64,000 nucleotides of DNA from a virus. Lineage: Duplodnaviria > Caudoviricetes. Positions within the stretch are counted from its first letter, which is position 1. Each line of letters begins with the position of its first letter. The stretch is taken from positions 1 through 64,000 of the IMG/VR virus record IMGVR_UViG_3300027763_000031; one strand, given 5' to 3'. The notes below the pieces were generated by a model. It did not search any database and had not been told where the DNA came from. It saw only the letters and a list, made by a program, of their open reading frames with translations. The translations under genes and the position numbers were made by a program. Of the stretch, positions 24,340 to 34,883 are shown one piece after another.

Positions 24340-25005
24340 GAGAAACTTTCCAATCCGAGTCGTCGGCGTTGAATACATATGCGACAAGTTCGGGATCGGG
24401 ACCATGGAACCCCATGGTAAAGTATCATGGTTGACGGACCCCGCGCAGTACCCGCACCGTTGCTCCCACTGTGGCGCGACCGCAGTTCTTACCAAGAGAT
24501 ATCCCACTGTGCGCCATTTGCGCGTTGAGACGTAGGAAAATGACCGACAAGCAACCCTACTCCCTATGCGCTGTGCTTCCTAGCGTCGTGTTTCTTTTTT
24601 TGGGTCCTTCCTCGAATAAGTAACCTTGATCATCGCAACAGAACTTGACTCCAACATCTAACTACACCTCCTTCACCCCAAACCCACAATGGCTGACTTA
24701 TCACCTGTCTCCCAAAACCTGGTAAATGCACTATGTCGATGCCGGTACCCTGCGTCTGCAGGCCCTTGCGTGAAGCCGTGTGAAGAATGCCGTGGGCATG
24801 TTGCGTTTATTATCCGGGTATTAACAGAACAGGAACTCCTATGGGAGCATTCCAGACCGAATGATTTTTATGATGACGCTACCGGCGAATTTAATCTGAC
24901 AGAAATAGCACAAAGTCTCCAGCGTCATACCACGCGAAGTAAACTCATGGACATCGCAACAGAACTTGATCTTGACATCAAACTAGATTACCCTATGTCA
25001 AGCCA

Positions 25006-25034
25006 TTGACTTTGGCTGGATCTTTCCCTATAAT
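25006..25034 (+). promoter_or_regulatory. sigma70-type promoter
   Basis: TTGACT-17 nt-TATAAT. Confidence 0.75.
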
Positions 25035-26614
25035 ACTTTCGGTAACTGCAACCGGAATAATTCCAATTCTAATTAGCTAATCCTGCCATAAACATCCCAC
25101 CATAAACACCCCCCACAAGCATGGACACCCTACACATTTACGGCCAAGACGCTTGGCATGATTCTGCTTATATCGTCGGTGACCGACGGTCTCTGGCTGC
25201 ATTACTCGACTGTTTGGCCGAAGCATTAGAATCCAGTGAAGTAACAAAATTCAACTCATTTACAAACGACGGCGAAGGTTACACCATTGAGGTGATTCTC
25301 CTGGGTGAGTCACAGATGGATACGATGCGGTTACCTTACCATGGGGACATTGCTATTGATAATAACCCCGAGAGGATCTGGCCCCACGTTTTAGTTGCGG
25401 CTAACGGGATATTGGGTGAAAGAATTACAAAAAGGGAACAGCTAGTGCCGGGACCACCCGCACCAGAAAAACCCGAATTCCTGGAAGTTTCCGCCAAAGT
25501 CAGGTATTGGGAAGATGCCCATGTTAATGGCGACAGGGACATTGATGGTACAATGATTCCTTTCAGGAATGGTGAATCATGGGCCCCTACAATCCGACTC
25601 AACGATGGTAAAGTCATGGACTGGCCTGAAGGGATGACTGCACGGGTGTATTACAAAGTTTGCGACGAAGGGGAGTATTGGTTGCGTAGTGCATCCCGCA
25701 GATTATTTAAGTGTAGGGACTATTACGTCCCCGACCCTTATCTTTGCCATGGGGACAGGGGGTTTGGGGATTACATCATTCTGAACATTGGCCCCGATGG
25801 CATAATCAAAGATTGGCGCGAGCCCCGATTCGAACCAGATTATTGGGAGCCTGTGCTTCCCTGATTAGTGCCCACCCTGACTTGTTCCAGGACTTTTATG
25901 AATACGACTGTACGGAATACACCTATCATTTCCTATGGTGTTGTTGGGCCCTAAGGTGGGGCATCGCTTTGTATGACGACGCCAAGGGGTTAACCAATGG
26001 TTAAGAACTGCAAGATGTTGTTGATCGGTTGTTGGCATAGGTAACCATCTAATGACAGCACTCGAAAATTTCGGGAGGGGGCGAAGCCCCCGACCAGGGA
26101 CGGGCGCCGCAGGCGATACCCGGCCCACACTACCCCCCACAACCAACCTGCAAAATGATCGCCCCCGTATTAGTCAACTTTGATTAGGGTAGTGAATATA
26201 GTAATGATCAATGCGGCGATTAAGGCTGTGATTGATTAAACCCAAGGTCGGTAAACCGCCCGGAAGCCCTCGGCTTCTCCCCTTGTTTCTGCGTTGCAGA
26301 GCTGCTATCATCGACATGTGAACTCAAAATCTACAGAAGGAATTCAATGACACACGACGAACAACTGCTTGAGGATTTCAATAAAGAAATCTATGCTGAA
26401 AATGGAGCTGGCCCAGTTACGGTGGAACACCTTATTGATACTCTCCGTACTATTAGAAAACATAATAAGGAAGATGTCCCGAAATATCGATTAGGGTACC
26501 GGGAGGGTTACGCCTCCGGTTATAAAATGGGAGTAGAAGGAGCCGAAGCCGATACGATCATGTACGAAGACCTCCGTAAAATGACTATACAGGAACTTGC
26601 TAATTTAATCGGAG

Positions 26615-27859
26615 ATGAAAATTCTTACTAAACCCATGAACACCAAATCACTCAAGACAGTAATTCTGACGCTCACGGTTGCGATGCTATTGACGGCGTC
26701 CCCCGCTTTTGCTGCATCTGCTGGTCGCATCGGCGGTAGTAGCTTTCGCAGCCGCTCTAGTTCTCCGAGCTATAGTCGGCCGAGCTATAGTCGTCCTAGC
26801 TCTCCTAGCTATAGCCGTCGTAGTCCTTCCCCCAGCTATAGTCGTCCTAGCTCCCCAAGTATCAGCCCCATCCATAGTTACTCGGCTCCGTCTTCCCCTA
26901 GCTATAACCGCCCCCCAAGTATCAGTAGTCCCAGCCATAGTTACTCGGCTCCGTCTTCCCCTAGCTATAACCGCCCCAGCTCCCCAAGTATCAGCCCCAG
27001 CCACAGTTACTCAACACCGCGAGCCTACACTCCTTCACCTGTCCCCAGACCCTCTTACAGCCCCCCAAGTCATTCAAGCACTAACATCATCGTCATGCCA
27101 GACTTGACCCCAAATGTTGCACCGGTTACCCCATACTCCTTGCCTTCGCGGGTGACCACAGTCAGTCAACAACCTGCCAATCCGGTGGTTCTTTTGACTC
27201 TGCTTGCTTCGATGGGTGTAGTAATTATTGCAGGCATTCTTTTGTGCGGAGGGTGGGAAGACTTTGTAGACCCGTGGTTAAGCACCCAAAAAGAAAAATT
27301 CAAGAAACTCACAGTAGTGCGTCAACGGGTAGCCCTACTCGCGTCAGCCAAAGACATTCAATCTGACCTAATTCGGATGGCCGAACAAGGAGATACCGAC
27401 AGTTCATACGGCCTTGCCAAGATCCTACAAGAAACAACCCTTGCTCTTCTCCGGCACCCTGATAAGGTCATCTACGCTTGGAGTGACAAAAATAGGGAGT
27501 CCCTTGATGGTGCGGAAGACCTATTTAACCAGTTCTCCATGGAAGAGCGTTCCCGAGCGTCGGAAGAAACTTTGACGAACGTTGACGGTCGTGTCTCCGC
27601 AAGTAAAACGAAAACCCACAAGAAAACCCAAGACAACGAATACATCCTTGTGAATGTCCTGGTAGTTACGAACGAGGATCTTAACCTAAGGCCATCTGAC
27701 TCACATGAGGGCCTAAAGTCAAATCTGGTAGCCCTAGGATCTATTACACCTGATGACCTAGTCGCCCTTGAGATTATCTGGCAACCGGAAGATGAGTATG
27801 ATGTTCTTTCGAAGGAGGAGCTTTTGAGTTTGTATCCTGATTTGAATATTTTGGGGTAA
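26615..27859 (+). CDS. DUF1517 family membrane protein (FLAP1-like)
   Basis: signal peptide then AASAGRIGGSSF, Ser/Pro repeats, TM helix, LQETTLALLRHP, FNQFSMEERS...ETLTNV, LEIIWQPE...LSKEELL..YPDL. Confidence 0.85.
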   Translation: MKILTKPMNTKSLKTVILTLTVAMLLTASPAFAASAGRIGGSSFRSRSSSPSYSRPSYSRPSSPSYSRRSPSPSYSRPSSPSISPIHSYSAPSSPSYNRPPSISSPSHSYSAPSSPSYNRPSSPSISPSHSYSTPRAYTPSPVPRPSYSPPSHSSTNIIVMPDLTPNVAPVTPYSLPSRVTTVSQQPANPVVLLTLLASMGVVIIAGILLCGGWEDFVDPWLSTQKEKFKKLTVVRQRVALLASAKDIQSDLIRMAEQGDTDSSYGLAKILQETTLALLRHPDKVIYAWSDKNRESLDGAEDLFNQFSMEERSRASEETLTNVDGRVSASKTKTHKKTQDNEYILVNVLVVTNEDLNLRPSDSHEGLKSNLVALGSITPDDLVALEIIWQPEDEYDVLSKEELLSLYPDLNILG

Positions 27860-28116
27860 CCTATTGTAAATACGAGCTTATGTAGACAACCTTGAGAATT
27901 ACCTCAATCCGAACCAACCCTAAACCAACCCTAAACTCAATTCAAAATGGAAAAGACTACTCCCCCTGATTTTCGCGCCCTGAGCGCTGAGCTTGTTGGC
28001 GAATTATACCAGGCACGAAACGCTCTTTGGAACTATGACTTTAAAGCCGCTTACAGGGCTGCTAAGTCTGCAGATCTCGCTAGCGCTGCTCTGAAAGAGA
28101 AAAAATAGGAGATAAT

Positions 28117-28752
28117 ATGCAAATTAGATTCATTGGAGATGTCCATGCGAAATGGGGGAAATATAAGGATATCATAAAGGGGTGCGACCGTTCCTTGCAA
28201 GTTGGGGATTTTGGAGTCGGATTCATCAACCCCCGTACCAACAAACCCTATAGCAACCCGCCCTATGACCACATGGCCAAGGGGGAGCACTTCTTCATTC
28301 GTGGAAACCACGATAGTCCCGGGGCTTGCAAGAGAAACCCCTTCTGGATCAAAGACGGTGGGTCTGCCTTTGGCCGCGATGACATCTTTTGTGTTGGCGG
28401 GGCTTTTTCTATTGACAGGGATAGGCGGACCGAAAACTACGATTGGTGGCACGATGAGGAGTTGTCCTATGGTGAATTGTCCAATATAATGGATGCCTAC
28501 GAGTTAATAAAACCGAAAATTGTCGTCACCCATGAGTGTCCAGATTCGGTCATAACCCGTATTTGCCATGAAAAAGGAATACATAAGTATGATATTCCTT
28601 CGGTAACTCGCAGATGCTTCGACAATATGCTTGAAATTCATAAGCCGGACCTATGGGTGCATGGCCATTGGCACCTATCTTCTCGTAAAAATTACAACGG
28701 TGTCGAGATTATTAGCCTTGGTGAATTAGAATACGTTGACATTGATGTTTGA
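28117..28752 (+). CDS. calcineurin-like metallophosphoesterase
   Basis: GDVH, QVGDFG, IRGNHD, VTHECP, HGHWH. Confidence 0.9.
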   Translation: MQIRFIGDVHAKWGKYKDIIKGCDRSLQVGDFGVGFINPRTNKPYSNPPYDHMAKGEHFFIRGNHDSPGACKRNPFWIKDGGSAFGRDDIFCVGGAFSIDRDRRTENYDWWHDEELSYGELSNIMDAYELIKPKIVVTHECPDSVITRICHEKGIHKYDIPSVTRRCFDNMLEIHKPDLWVHGHWHLSSRKNYNGVEIISLGELEYVDIDV

Positions 28753-28812
28753 TGCTGAGGGATTGGTCTAAATAGCCCCATACTTACCCTACTAACTCCA
28801 TTAACCAAACCA

Positions 28813-29010
28813 ATGCCATACCCCACTATCCTACACTGCAAGCAATGCCCCCACTGCAGCACCAACTTGGTGGCGGCCGAAATGCTTTTGCCGGATACGT
28901 GTGGACCGGGTGCATTCCATTCGCGCTTACTTGGGGTTTTGGTTGATGGTAAAGTAGTCGGCTGGAAATGTCCCGATTGCCTGCAGGATGTTTACCTAAA
29001 GCATTCATAA
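28813..29010 (+). CDS. small Zn-finger-like protein
   Basis: CPHC...WKCPDC. Confidence 0.55.
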   Translation: MPYPTILHCKQCPHCSTNLVAAEMLLPDTCGPGAFHSRLLGVLVDGKVVGWKCPDCLQDVYLKHS

Positions 29011-29089
29011 CCTCCGACCCCCATTGACTTTTGACTTCCGGCTAATACAATACCCCGGATTGCCATTATTTCCACAAACTAAACCAACA

Positions 29090-29653
29090 ATGCAAACTAC
29101 TGTAATTAATCTATTTGGTGGCCCAGGTACGGGTAAATCCACTGCTGCACCCGACATCTACAGCGAACTCAAGAAACAAGGCGAAAGCGCAGAACTTGTC
29201 CGCGAATATGTCAAACACTGGGCTTACACAAAGAGAAAAATCGGGAAGTACGACCAATTGTACCTACTAGGTAAACAATCCCATTATGAGTCTTTCCTGT
29301 ATGGCACCGTGAGGTACATTGTCACTGACTCCCCGGTATTGCTTGCCGGGTTTTATGCCACCTATTATCACGGTGTGATATCTGGATATGTTGATGAGGC
29401 GGCTAAGGGGTTTGTAAACCACTCTACTAATGACGGTGTGGTGCATTTGAATTTCCTATTAAGTAGAGATTTCCCATATGATCCCCAAGGCAGATATGAA
29501 TCTGAAGAAGACGCTTTACGTTTGGATGGGCACCTTGAGGAGTATCTTAATTCGTTTTCAACTGAGTACGGCAAAAGTTTTACTCCTGTTCGGGTAAAAG
29601 CATCGGAAGCCAAGGAAACAATCCTTGACTATCTGGATTTTTACCTAGACTAA
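29090..29653 (+). CDS. P-loop NTPase/kinase (AAA_28/NadR-like)
   Basis: INLFGGPGTGKST, EYVK, IVTDSP, YDPQGR. Confidence 0.75.
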   Translation: MQTTVINLFGGPGTGKSTAAPDIYSELKKQGESAELVREYVKHWAYTKRKIGKYDQLYLLGKQSHYESFLYGTVRYIVTDSPVLLAGFYATYYHGVISGYVDEAAKGFVNHSTNDGVVHLNFLLSRDFPYDPQGRYESEEDALRLDGHLEEYLNSFSTEYGKSFTPVRVKASEAKETILDYLDFYLD

Positions 29654-29660
29654 TGCTAAA

Positions 29661-30203
29661 ATGACGCCGACTCAGGAGCAATTTGTAAGATGGTGCGAGG
29701 ACTATTACTTTGACAATCGGCTGGAACCTGGTAATCCTTGCCATGGGGATTGGGAGTCTTGTCATTATCCTGTCCCAAAATGCTTGGGGGGAAGTAATAC
29801 TGTTCTTCTGCTCAAAGAGCACCATGCTATTCAAGGTGTTTTGCAGTCAGAGGAGTGTAACCACCCTTGTATTTGGGGTTGGGAGAAGTCTTACCTTAAG
29901 GCGGAGATTTTATCTCTTTGGCGAAAGTGGATGGGGGTAAAAGCACGTCCATTTACATTCGATAGTGGGAGAAAAGCTCAAAGCCTACGCAGTAAGGAAA
30001 GTTTAAGGAGAGGTTGGGAAAAAATGGTAAGCAAAGACCCTGAGATCCTTAGTAATAGTGGTAAAAAAATGGCTAAAAAAATCAATTCTAGGCGCGTACG
30101 CTGCTTAGTAACTGGAAAAATATCAACACCTGGCCCTCTCACTCTATATCAAACTGCTAGGGGCATTGATCCCTCGCTAAGGGAAGAAATTACTAATGAC
30201 TAA
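29661..30203 (+). CDS. free-standing HNH-like (homing-type) endonuclease
   Basis: ESCHYPVPKCLGGSNTVLLLKEHH resembles EXHHIXPXXXGG..N...L...EH; basic C-terminus. Confidence 0.6.
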   Translation: MTPTQEQFVRWCEDYYFDNRLEPGNPCHGDWESCHYPVPKCLGGSNTVLLLKEHHAIQGVLQSEECNHPCIWGWEKSYLKAEILSLWRKWMGVKARPFTFDSGRKAQSLRSKESLRRGWEKMVSKDPEILSNSGKKMAKKINSRRVRCLVTGKISTPGPLTLYQTARGIDPSLREEITND

Positions 30204-32256
30204 AACTAGGCCAAAAATCACAGAAGTCAATCTCGTCGATCAGCTCAAGGAAGACTATTTGAGCTATAGTATGGCCGTGCTTATCGGGAGGTCGATACCA
30301 GACATCTACGATGGGCTAAAGGCAGTCCAAAGACGCATCCTTCAGACGATGATTGAAGAGGGATTGCTTCCGAATAAACCGTATGTAAAGTGTGCCCGAA
30401 CTACGGGCCTAACTAGTGCCTATTACCATCCCCATGGCTCTGCATACGGGGCCCTCATCAACATGGCTACTCCTTGGAACAATAATGTCCCTTGGATTGA
30501 TTGTCATGGAAATATTGGGAGCACAGTTGACTCCCCCTCAGCAGAAAGGTACCTAGAAAATAGACTACGAATTTCCGCAGTGGAACTTCTTTTACAAGAC
30601 CGGGAAGTGTGGGAAACTAAATCAAACTATGATGGGAGTAAGCGGGAGGCCATCAGGTTTAATACTTCTTTGCCAACCGTTTTGCTAAACGGTGACTCAG
30701 GAATTGCCGTGGGTTTTGCTACTCGTTTGGCTCCCCACAGCTTACGTTCTATCGTAGAAGCCATTAAGTTAATTTGCAAGGATGCCCCCACCGAAAAGGC
30801 CCACCTTGATAATATAAAAAAAGCCAGCCTATCTCTAATTCCTGACTTCCCAACTGGCACCCAAATCGTTCAAGACGAGCAACTAGATGCCTATACCCGA
30901 ACTGGTATCGGGGGCATACGCTGCGTGGCCCGTGTTGAGTCTGGTATTCAGAGAAGGGGCGGAAAAGCCAGGGATCGATCCACCTTGACTTTTACTTGTT
31001 TGCCACCTGGCACCAATCCAGAGAAACTTGGTGAGCAGATCAAGAGTGAGTTAGAAAAAGGACGTATTGAAGGGATCGCTGAAATCACAGATGAAAGTGA
31101 TATTAGCGGAGATCGCCTAGTGGTTGTCACCAAGTCTGGTTCCGATATTAATTTGGTAAAGCAGTTGCTATACACATATACGGACCTAGATTGCAAATAC
31201 TCAGCTAAAACCTTGGTTATCGATGGGTTTAAGCCCGTTGAGTTATCACCGGTACAAATCATCCAACGATGGGTCCAATGGAGATTGGATCGGCTTGATG
31301 TTAAATTTGAACATGAACTGGAGGCAAAAAACAAAAGATTACACATTGTTGATGGTCTCCTAAAGGCTATTGACCGTATGGACCTAGTCATTAAGCGCAT
31401 TCGTGCCGCAAATGACAAATCTGAAGCCAAGCAGTCCCTAATGTCAGCACCGCTTAAATTCACCGAGCAACAAGCTGATGCCATTTTAGAAATGAGGTTG
31501 AGGCAATTAACGGGCCTAGACTTTGATTTGATGTCTTGTGAGAAAAATGAGCTATTGGCTGACATTGAAAGGCTGGAGTCCATGGTGGGGGACAAAGCCA
31601 ATAATGTCAGTGCCCGAAAGTCATACATGTTGGAGGAACTTGCTAGGATCAACAAGCAATATGGGGTCCCCCGCAGGAGCCCTTTGATTGATGTTCCGGT
31701 TGCCGTAGGGGTCCGGTCCAAAGTAGACAACGCAGGGTCTCTTCCTCCGGCCACTACCCCCTCAGGCACCACCCCAATAGCAAAACCACGTTTCTTAAAA
31801 ATCGACATGAAGAAAGGCGTGGTTGAACAGTCTAAGGGTCCCAAGGGTTGCCTGGCCATGGGTTCCACCGACAAGCTAATCCTGATGTGCGAAGACGGAA
31901 CGCTAAAGAAGGTGCCTGCTTCCTATAAGGGGGTAATTTCCACAGGGTATTCACCTGTGGTGCTTGCAAAACCGGAAGCATACGTCTCGGGACGCAAGTA
32001 TTTGGCCGTATTCATGGTTGATGGTCAACTAAGGGCTATGGCCATGGACGGGGAAACCCTGTGTAGAACCACAAGTACAGGCAAACAATGGTTGCCGGAA
32101 GGGGCCACCCTGACATATTTTGGAGAGAAACCATTTACCATCGAATGGGTATCTACAAAGAAAAAACCAACAAAAATTGACCTTTCCATAAAGCTAGGGA
32201 AACCTGGTGCGAAGGGGGCTAAAATTGCGAACTTAACTGAAATTAAACTATCATGA
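30196..32256 (+). CDS. type IIA topoisomerase subunit A (GyrA/ParC-like)
   Basis: YSMAVLIGRSIPDIYDGLKAVQRRIL, YHPHG, HGNIGS, AERY (catalytic Tyr), NG.SGIAVG.AT..APH, PDFPTG, QADAILEMRLRQLTGL. Confidence 0.93.
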   Translation: MTKTRPKITEVNLVDQLKEDYLSYSMAVLIGRSIPDIYDGLKAVQRRILQTMIEEGLLPNKPYVKCARTTGLTSAYYHPHGSAYGALINMATPWNNNVPWIDCHGNIGSTVDSPSAERYLENRLRISAVELLLQDREVWETKSNYDGSKREAIRFNTSLPTVLLNGDSGIAVGFATRLAPHSLRSIVEAIKLICKDAPTEKAHLDNIKKASLSLIPDFPTGTQIVQDEQLDAYTRTGIGGIRCVARVESGIQRRGGKARDRSTLTFTCLPPGTNPEKLGEQIKSELEKGRIEGIAEITDESDISGDRLVVVTKSGSDINLVKQLLYTYTDLDCKYSAKTLVIDGFKPVELSPVQIIQRWVQWRLDRLDVKFEHELEAKNKRLHIVDGLLKAIDRMDLVIKRIRAANDKSEAKQSLMSAPLKFTEQQADAILEMRLRQLTGLDFDLMSCEKNELLADIERLESMVGDKANNVSARKSYMLEELARINKQYGVPRRSPLIDVPVAVGVRSKVDNAGSLPPATTPSGTTPIAKPRFLKIDMKKGVVEQSKGPKGCLAMGSTDKLILMCEDGTLKKVPASYKGVISTGYSPVVLAKPEAYVSGRKYLAVFMVDGQLRAMAMDGETLCRTTSTGKQWLPEGATLTYFGEKPFTIEWVSTKKKPTKIDLSIKLGKPGAKGAKIANLTEIKLS

Positions 32257-33329
32257 TTGAGCCTTACGTTTCCGAAGACCGCTATCAACTGTACCATGGC
32301 AATTGCCTTGATGTATTAAGAGAAATGCCTGATAGCAGTATCGATGCTATTTGTACGGATCCGCCCTATGGCCTGGCATTTATGGGTAAAAAGTGGGATT
32401 ATGACGTGCCAAGTGTGGAAATTTGGCAAGAGTGTTTACGGGTCTTGAAGCCTGGCGGCCATTTACTGTCATTTGCTGGCACGCGCACGCAGCACCGGAT
32501 GGCGGTACGGATTGAGGATGCGGGGTTTGAGATTCGTGATATGATTGCGTGGGTGTACGGAAGTGGATTCAACAAGGTGGGCTACATCAAGGACAGCAAC
32601 GGTGAGACTGTGCGTGATGGTTGGGGAGGCTCCTTAAAGCCCGCCCTAGAGCCGATCACCGTGGCCCGCAAGCCCATCTCAGAGGGCACCGTGGCCGCGA
32701 ACGTGCTGAAACACGGCACCGGGGCGCTGAATGTGGATGGGTGCAGGGTGGGGTGCGGAGGTGGCAGACCGCTGATCATCAGCCACGGCGATGGCTTTGG
32801 CTCTGGCGAGAAAGTTACGGCCTACGGCAATGGTCTCTCTGGCTCACGCCACGGCGGCAGCACCAACCTCGGCCGCTGGCCAGCCAACCTGATCCATTCA
32901 GGTGAAGGCGAAGTGGTGGGGTTGTTTCCGCAATCAAAAGATGGCGTTGCTGTCGGCGGAAAAGGTAGAAGTGCAAGCATCTACGGCAGCAAGACCGGGG
33001 GAGACAAGGGCGTTGATCAGGGCTACGGAGGCGGAGGCAGCGCCGCCCGGTTCTTCTACTGCGCCAAAGCTAATAAAAAAGACAGAAACGAAGGTCTCAA
33101 TGGAGAAACCAACAATCACCCCACAGTCAAACCGACAGATTTAATGCGATACTTGTGCCGCTTAATTACGCCTCCCGGTGGTACCGTACTTGACCCATTC
33201 TTAGGCTCTGGAACAACTGGAAAGGCTTCCCTACTAGAGGGATTCAACTTTATTGGCATTGAAATGGAGGAATCGTACCTCGACATCGCCCAGCAAAGGA
33301 TCCAACAAGTTAGAGAAAACCAAGAGTGA
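32253..33329 (+). CDS. DNA methyltransferase (N6-A/N4-C, beta class)
   Basis: TDPPYG, HPTVKP, LDPFLGSGTTG. Confidence 0.93.
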   Translation: MIEPYVSEDRYQLYHGNCLDVLREMPDSSIDAICTDPPYGLAFMGKKWDYDVPSVEIWQECLRVLKPGGHLLSFAGTRTQHRMAVRIEDAGFEIRDMIAWVYGSGFNKVGYIKDSNGETVRDGWGGSLKPALEPITVARKPISEGTVAANVLKHGTGALNVDGCRVGCGGGRPLIISHGDGFGSGEKVTAYGNGLSGSRHGGSTNLGRWPANLIHSGEGEVVGLFPQSKDGVAVGGKGRSASIYGSKTGGDKGVDQGYGGGGSAARFFYCAKANKKDRNEGLNGETNNHPTVKPTDLMRYLCRLITPPGGTVLDPFLGSGTTGKASLLEGFNFIGIEMEESYLDIAQQRIQQVRENQE

Positions 33330-33388
33330 AACAGGGTAAAACACAAGGGGGGTTTACTTACGGGGCCTCCCTGCTATACTAAGAGTAG

Positions 33389-33958
33389 ATGGACCGAACT
33401 ATGTCAATTGTATACCCTGTCTCCAGATTGTTAGCAAACCCCAAAATCTTCTATGCCATAGCCAACTATCTTGGTGGCCCAGACGGTGACACACTTAAAG
33501 AAGCTTTCTACTCGCTTCTGGAGTTTGATTTCACAGATCAAGAGCCCGAAGACTGTGAATTTGAACCCGAGGAAGTCATGTTTGAGTCGGAAAATGACGG
33601 AGCTATCTTCACCATCCAGCTTGACACTGGTCTAGAATCTCGCTTAGAGGCCGTACAGGATGAAGTCAGGGCTGAAATAACCACTGATGAGGATCTGGCT
33701 AAGACTTCCGCCATTTACAGGGAATTAGTAATAGCCATCGAAGAGGCTGACCCCGATTTAGAAGGTGACATTGCCTTGTGTTCTCCGCCGACACCGGGTA
33801 ATTCATTTTTGTTATCTTCTGAAGGCAAACATTTTATGGGTGATTTTCATCTGCTATCAGACCCTGAAAAGAAATTCAGCTTCATAATCCGGCCATCAGA
33901 TACAACTGAACCCGGAGAACCAGAAAACAAACTAAAAGCAACCATCAAACCAATTTAA
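33389..33958 (+). CDS. acidic hypothetical protein
   Basis: 189-aa ORF preceded by GGGTAAA motif and TGCTATACT. Confidence 0.7.
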   Translation: MDRTMSIVYPVSRLLANPKIFYAIANYLGGPDGDTLKEAFYSLLEFDFTDQEPEDCEFEPEEVMFESENDGAIFTIQLDTGLESRLEAVQDEVRAEITTDEDLAKTSAIYRELVIAIEEADPDLEGDIALCSPPTPGNSFLLSSEGKHFMGDFHLLSDPEKKFSFIIRPSDTTEPGEPENKLKATIKPI

Positions 33959-33959
33959 C

Positions 33960-34883
33960 GTGAACGATTCGATCCTCAAATTAAAAACCAGCGTTCTCTC
34001 CAGTATCCGCAGTGTTGAAAAAGACTTTAATGCTCGCACCCAACTAGATAATAAGACGGTATTATCTCTTGATTATCTAAAAGAAAAAGTTACAAACCTA
34101 TTCTACGAAGTGGAGGCTTACAAGGCACGGCTAGAAAGAGAAATGGGCAGGGAAAACAAGAAGCTAAAGCTTGATATTGAGGGGTTGATGAGTGAAATTC
34201 GTGAACTTAGAAGTGAAAGAGGACTGCCAGACCGGGAAGAAGAGCACGAGCCAGATATGGAAAAGCAAATCGCAACGTCAATATCAATCTTTGAGACTAT
34301 CTTAGATTTAATTTGTGGGGATTCTGACGACTATAAGCTAATGTGCTACTCGGTTTTGTTCCCCAGTGTGTATGAACGCATCAATGAGTGCCGCTCTGAG
34401 TACCTATTTGGTGTGCTCCCTGAAGCTACCATGGATGTCATAAACGACGGTAAAAAAGAACTTGAGTCAATCCGTAAAGATTGTGATACTTATTTGACTG
34501 ACGAAACTGCATGGGAGTATTATATCGACAGGGTAAGCAATTGGTGGAAGAGGGACGCCCTTATTAGACTTTTCGAAGGCAAAGATAAATCATGGGAAAT
34601 CGATGAGCCATTTTCATTCTTCGAAATGAGAAAGTGGCAGCAGCACCCGGAATGCCGCCCCCATGAATTTTCAAAAATTGATGATGTATTTGACATCTAC
34701 AAGAGAAATAGAAAAGATGTATACATAAGTTCAGGTCTTCAGGATTTTGAAGTAAGCTTTCAAAAACTAAACCAATCAATTAATTTCCAACTAGATGCCG
34801 ACCTAGAGGATACGGAATCAACTTGGGTAAGGGGTAAAATTGAAGAAATTGAAAGAGAGGAAGAATGGTACCACTTACAGTAG
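33960..34883 (+). CDS. hypothetical coiled-coil protein
   Basis: 307-aa ORF. Confidence 0.7.
   Translation: MNDSILKLKTSVLSSIRSVEKDFNARTQLDNKTVLSLDYLKEKVTNLFYEVEAYKARLEREMGRENKKLKLDIEGLMSEIRELRSERGLPDREEEHEPDMEKQIATSISIFETILDLICGDSDDYKLMCYSVLFPSVYERINECRSEYLFGVLPEATMDVINDGKKELESIRKDCDTYLTDETAWEYYIDRVSNWWKRDALIRLFEGKDKSWEIDEPFSFFEMRKWQQHPECRPHEFSKIDDVFDIYKRNRKDVYISSGLQDFEVSFQKLNQSINFQLDADLEDTESTWVRGKIEEIEREEEWYHLQ

Larger units (their letters stand above)
20024..26631 (+). other. second array of short hypothetical ORFs (e.g. 20024-20269, 20279-20623, 20598-20921, 20918-21136, 21525-21752, 21945-22187, 22274-22546, 22553-22810, 22803-23057, 23071-23661, 23661-24098, 24091-24339, 24332-24535, 24689-25009, 25121-25864, 26347-26631)
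   Basis: co-oriented, overlapping starts/stops. Confidence 0.7.

Noticed and set aside
25865-26004. Separate gene ending ...YTYHFLWCCWALRWGIALYD
   Set aside because: Protein-like but lacks a credible start; probably a 3' gene remnant
9920-26340. tRNA genes in intergenic gaps (9.9-10.1 kb, 15.6 kb, 26.0-26.3 kb)
   Set aside because: No cloverleaf or T-loop consensus visible by eye; tRNAscan not run
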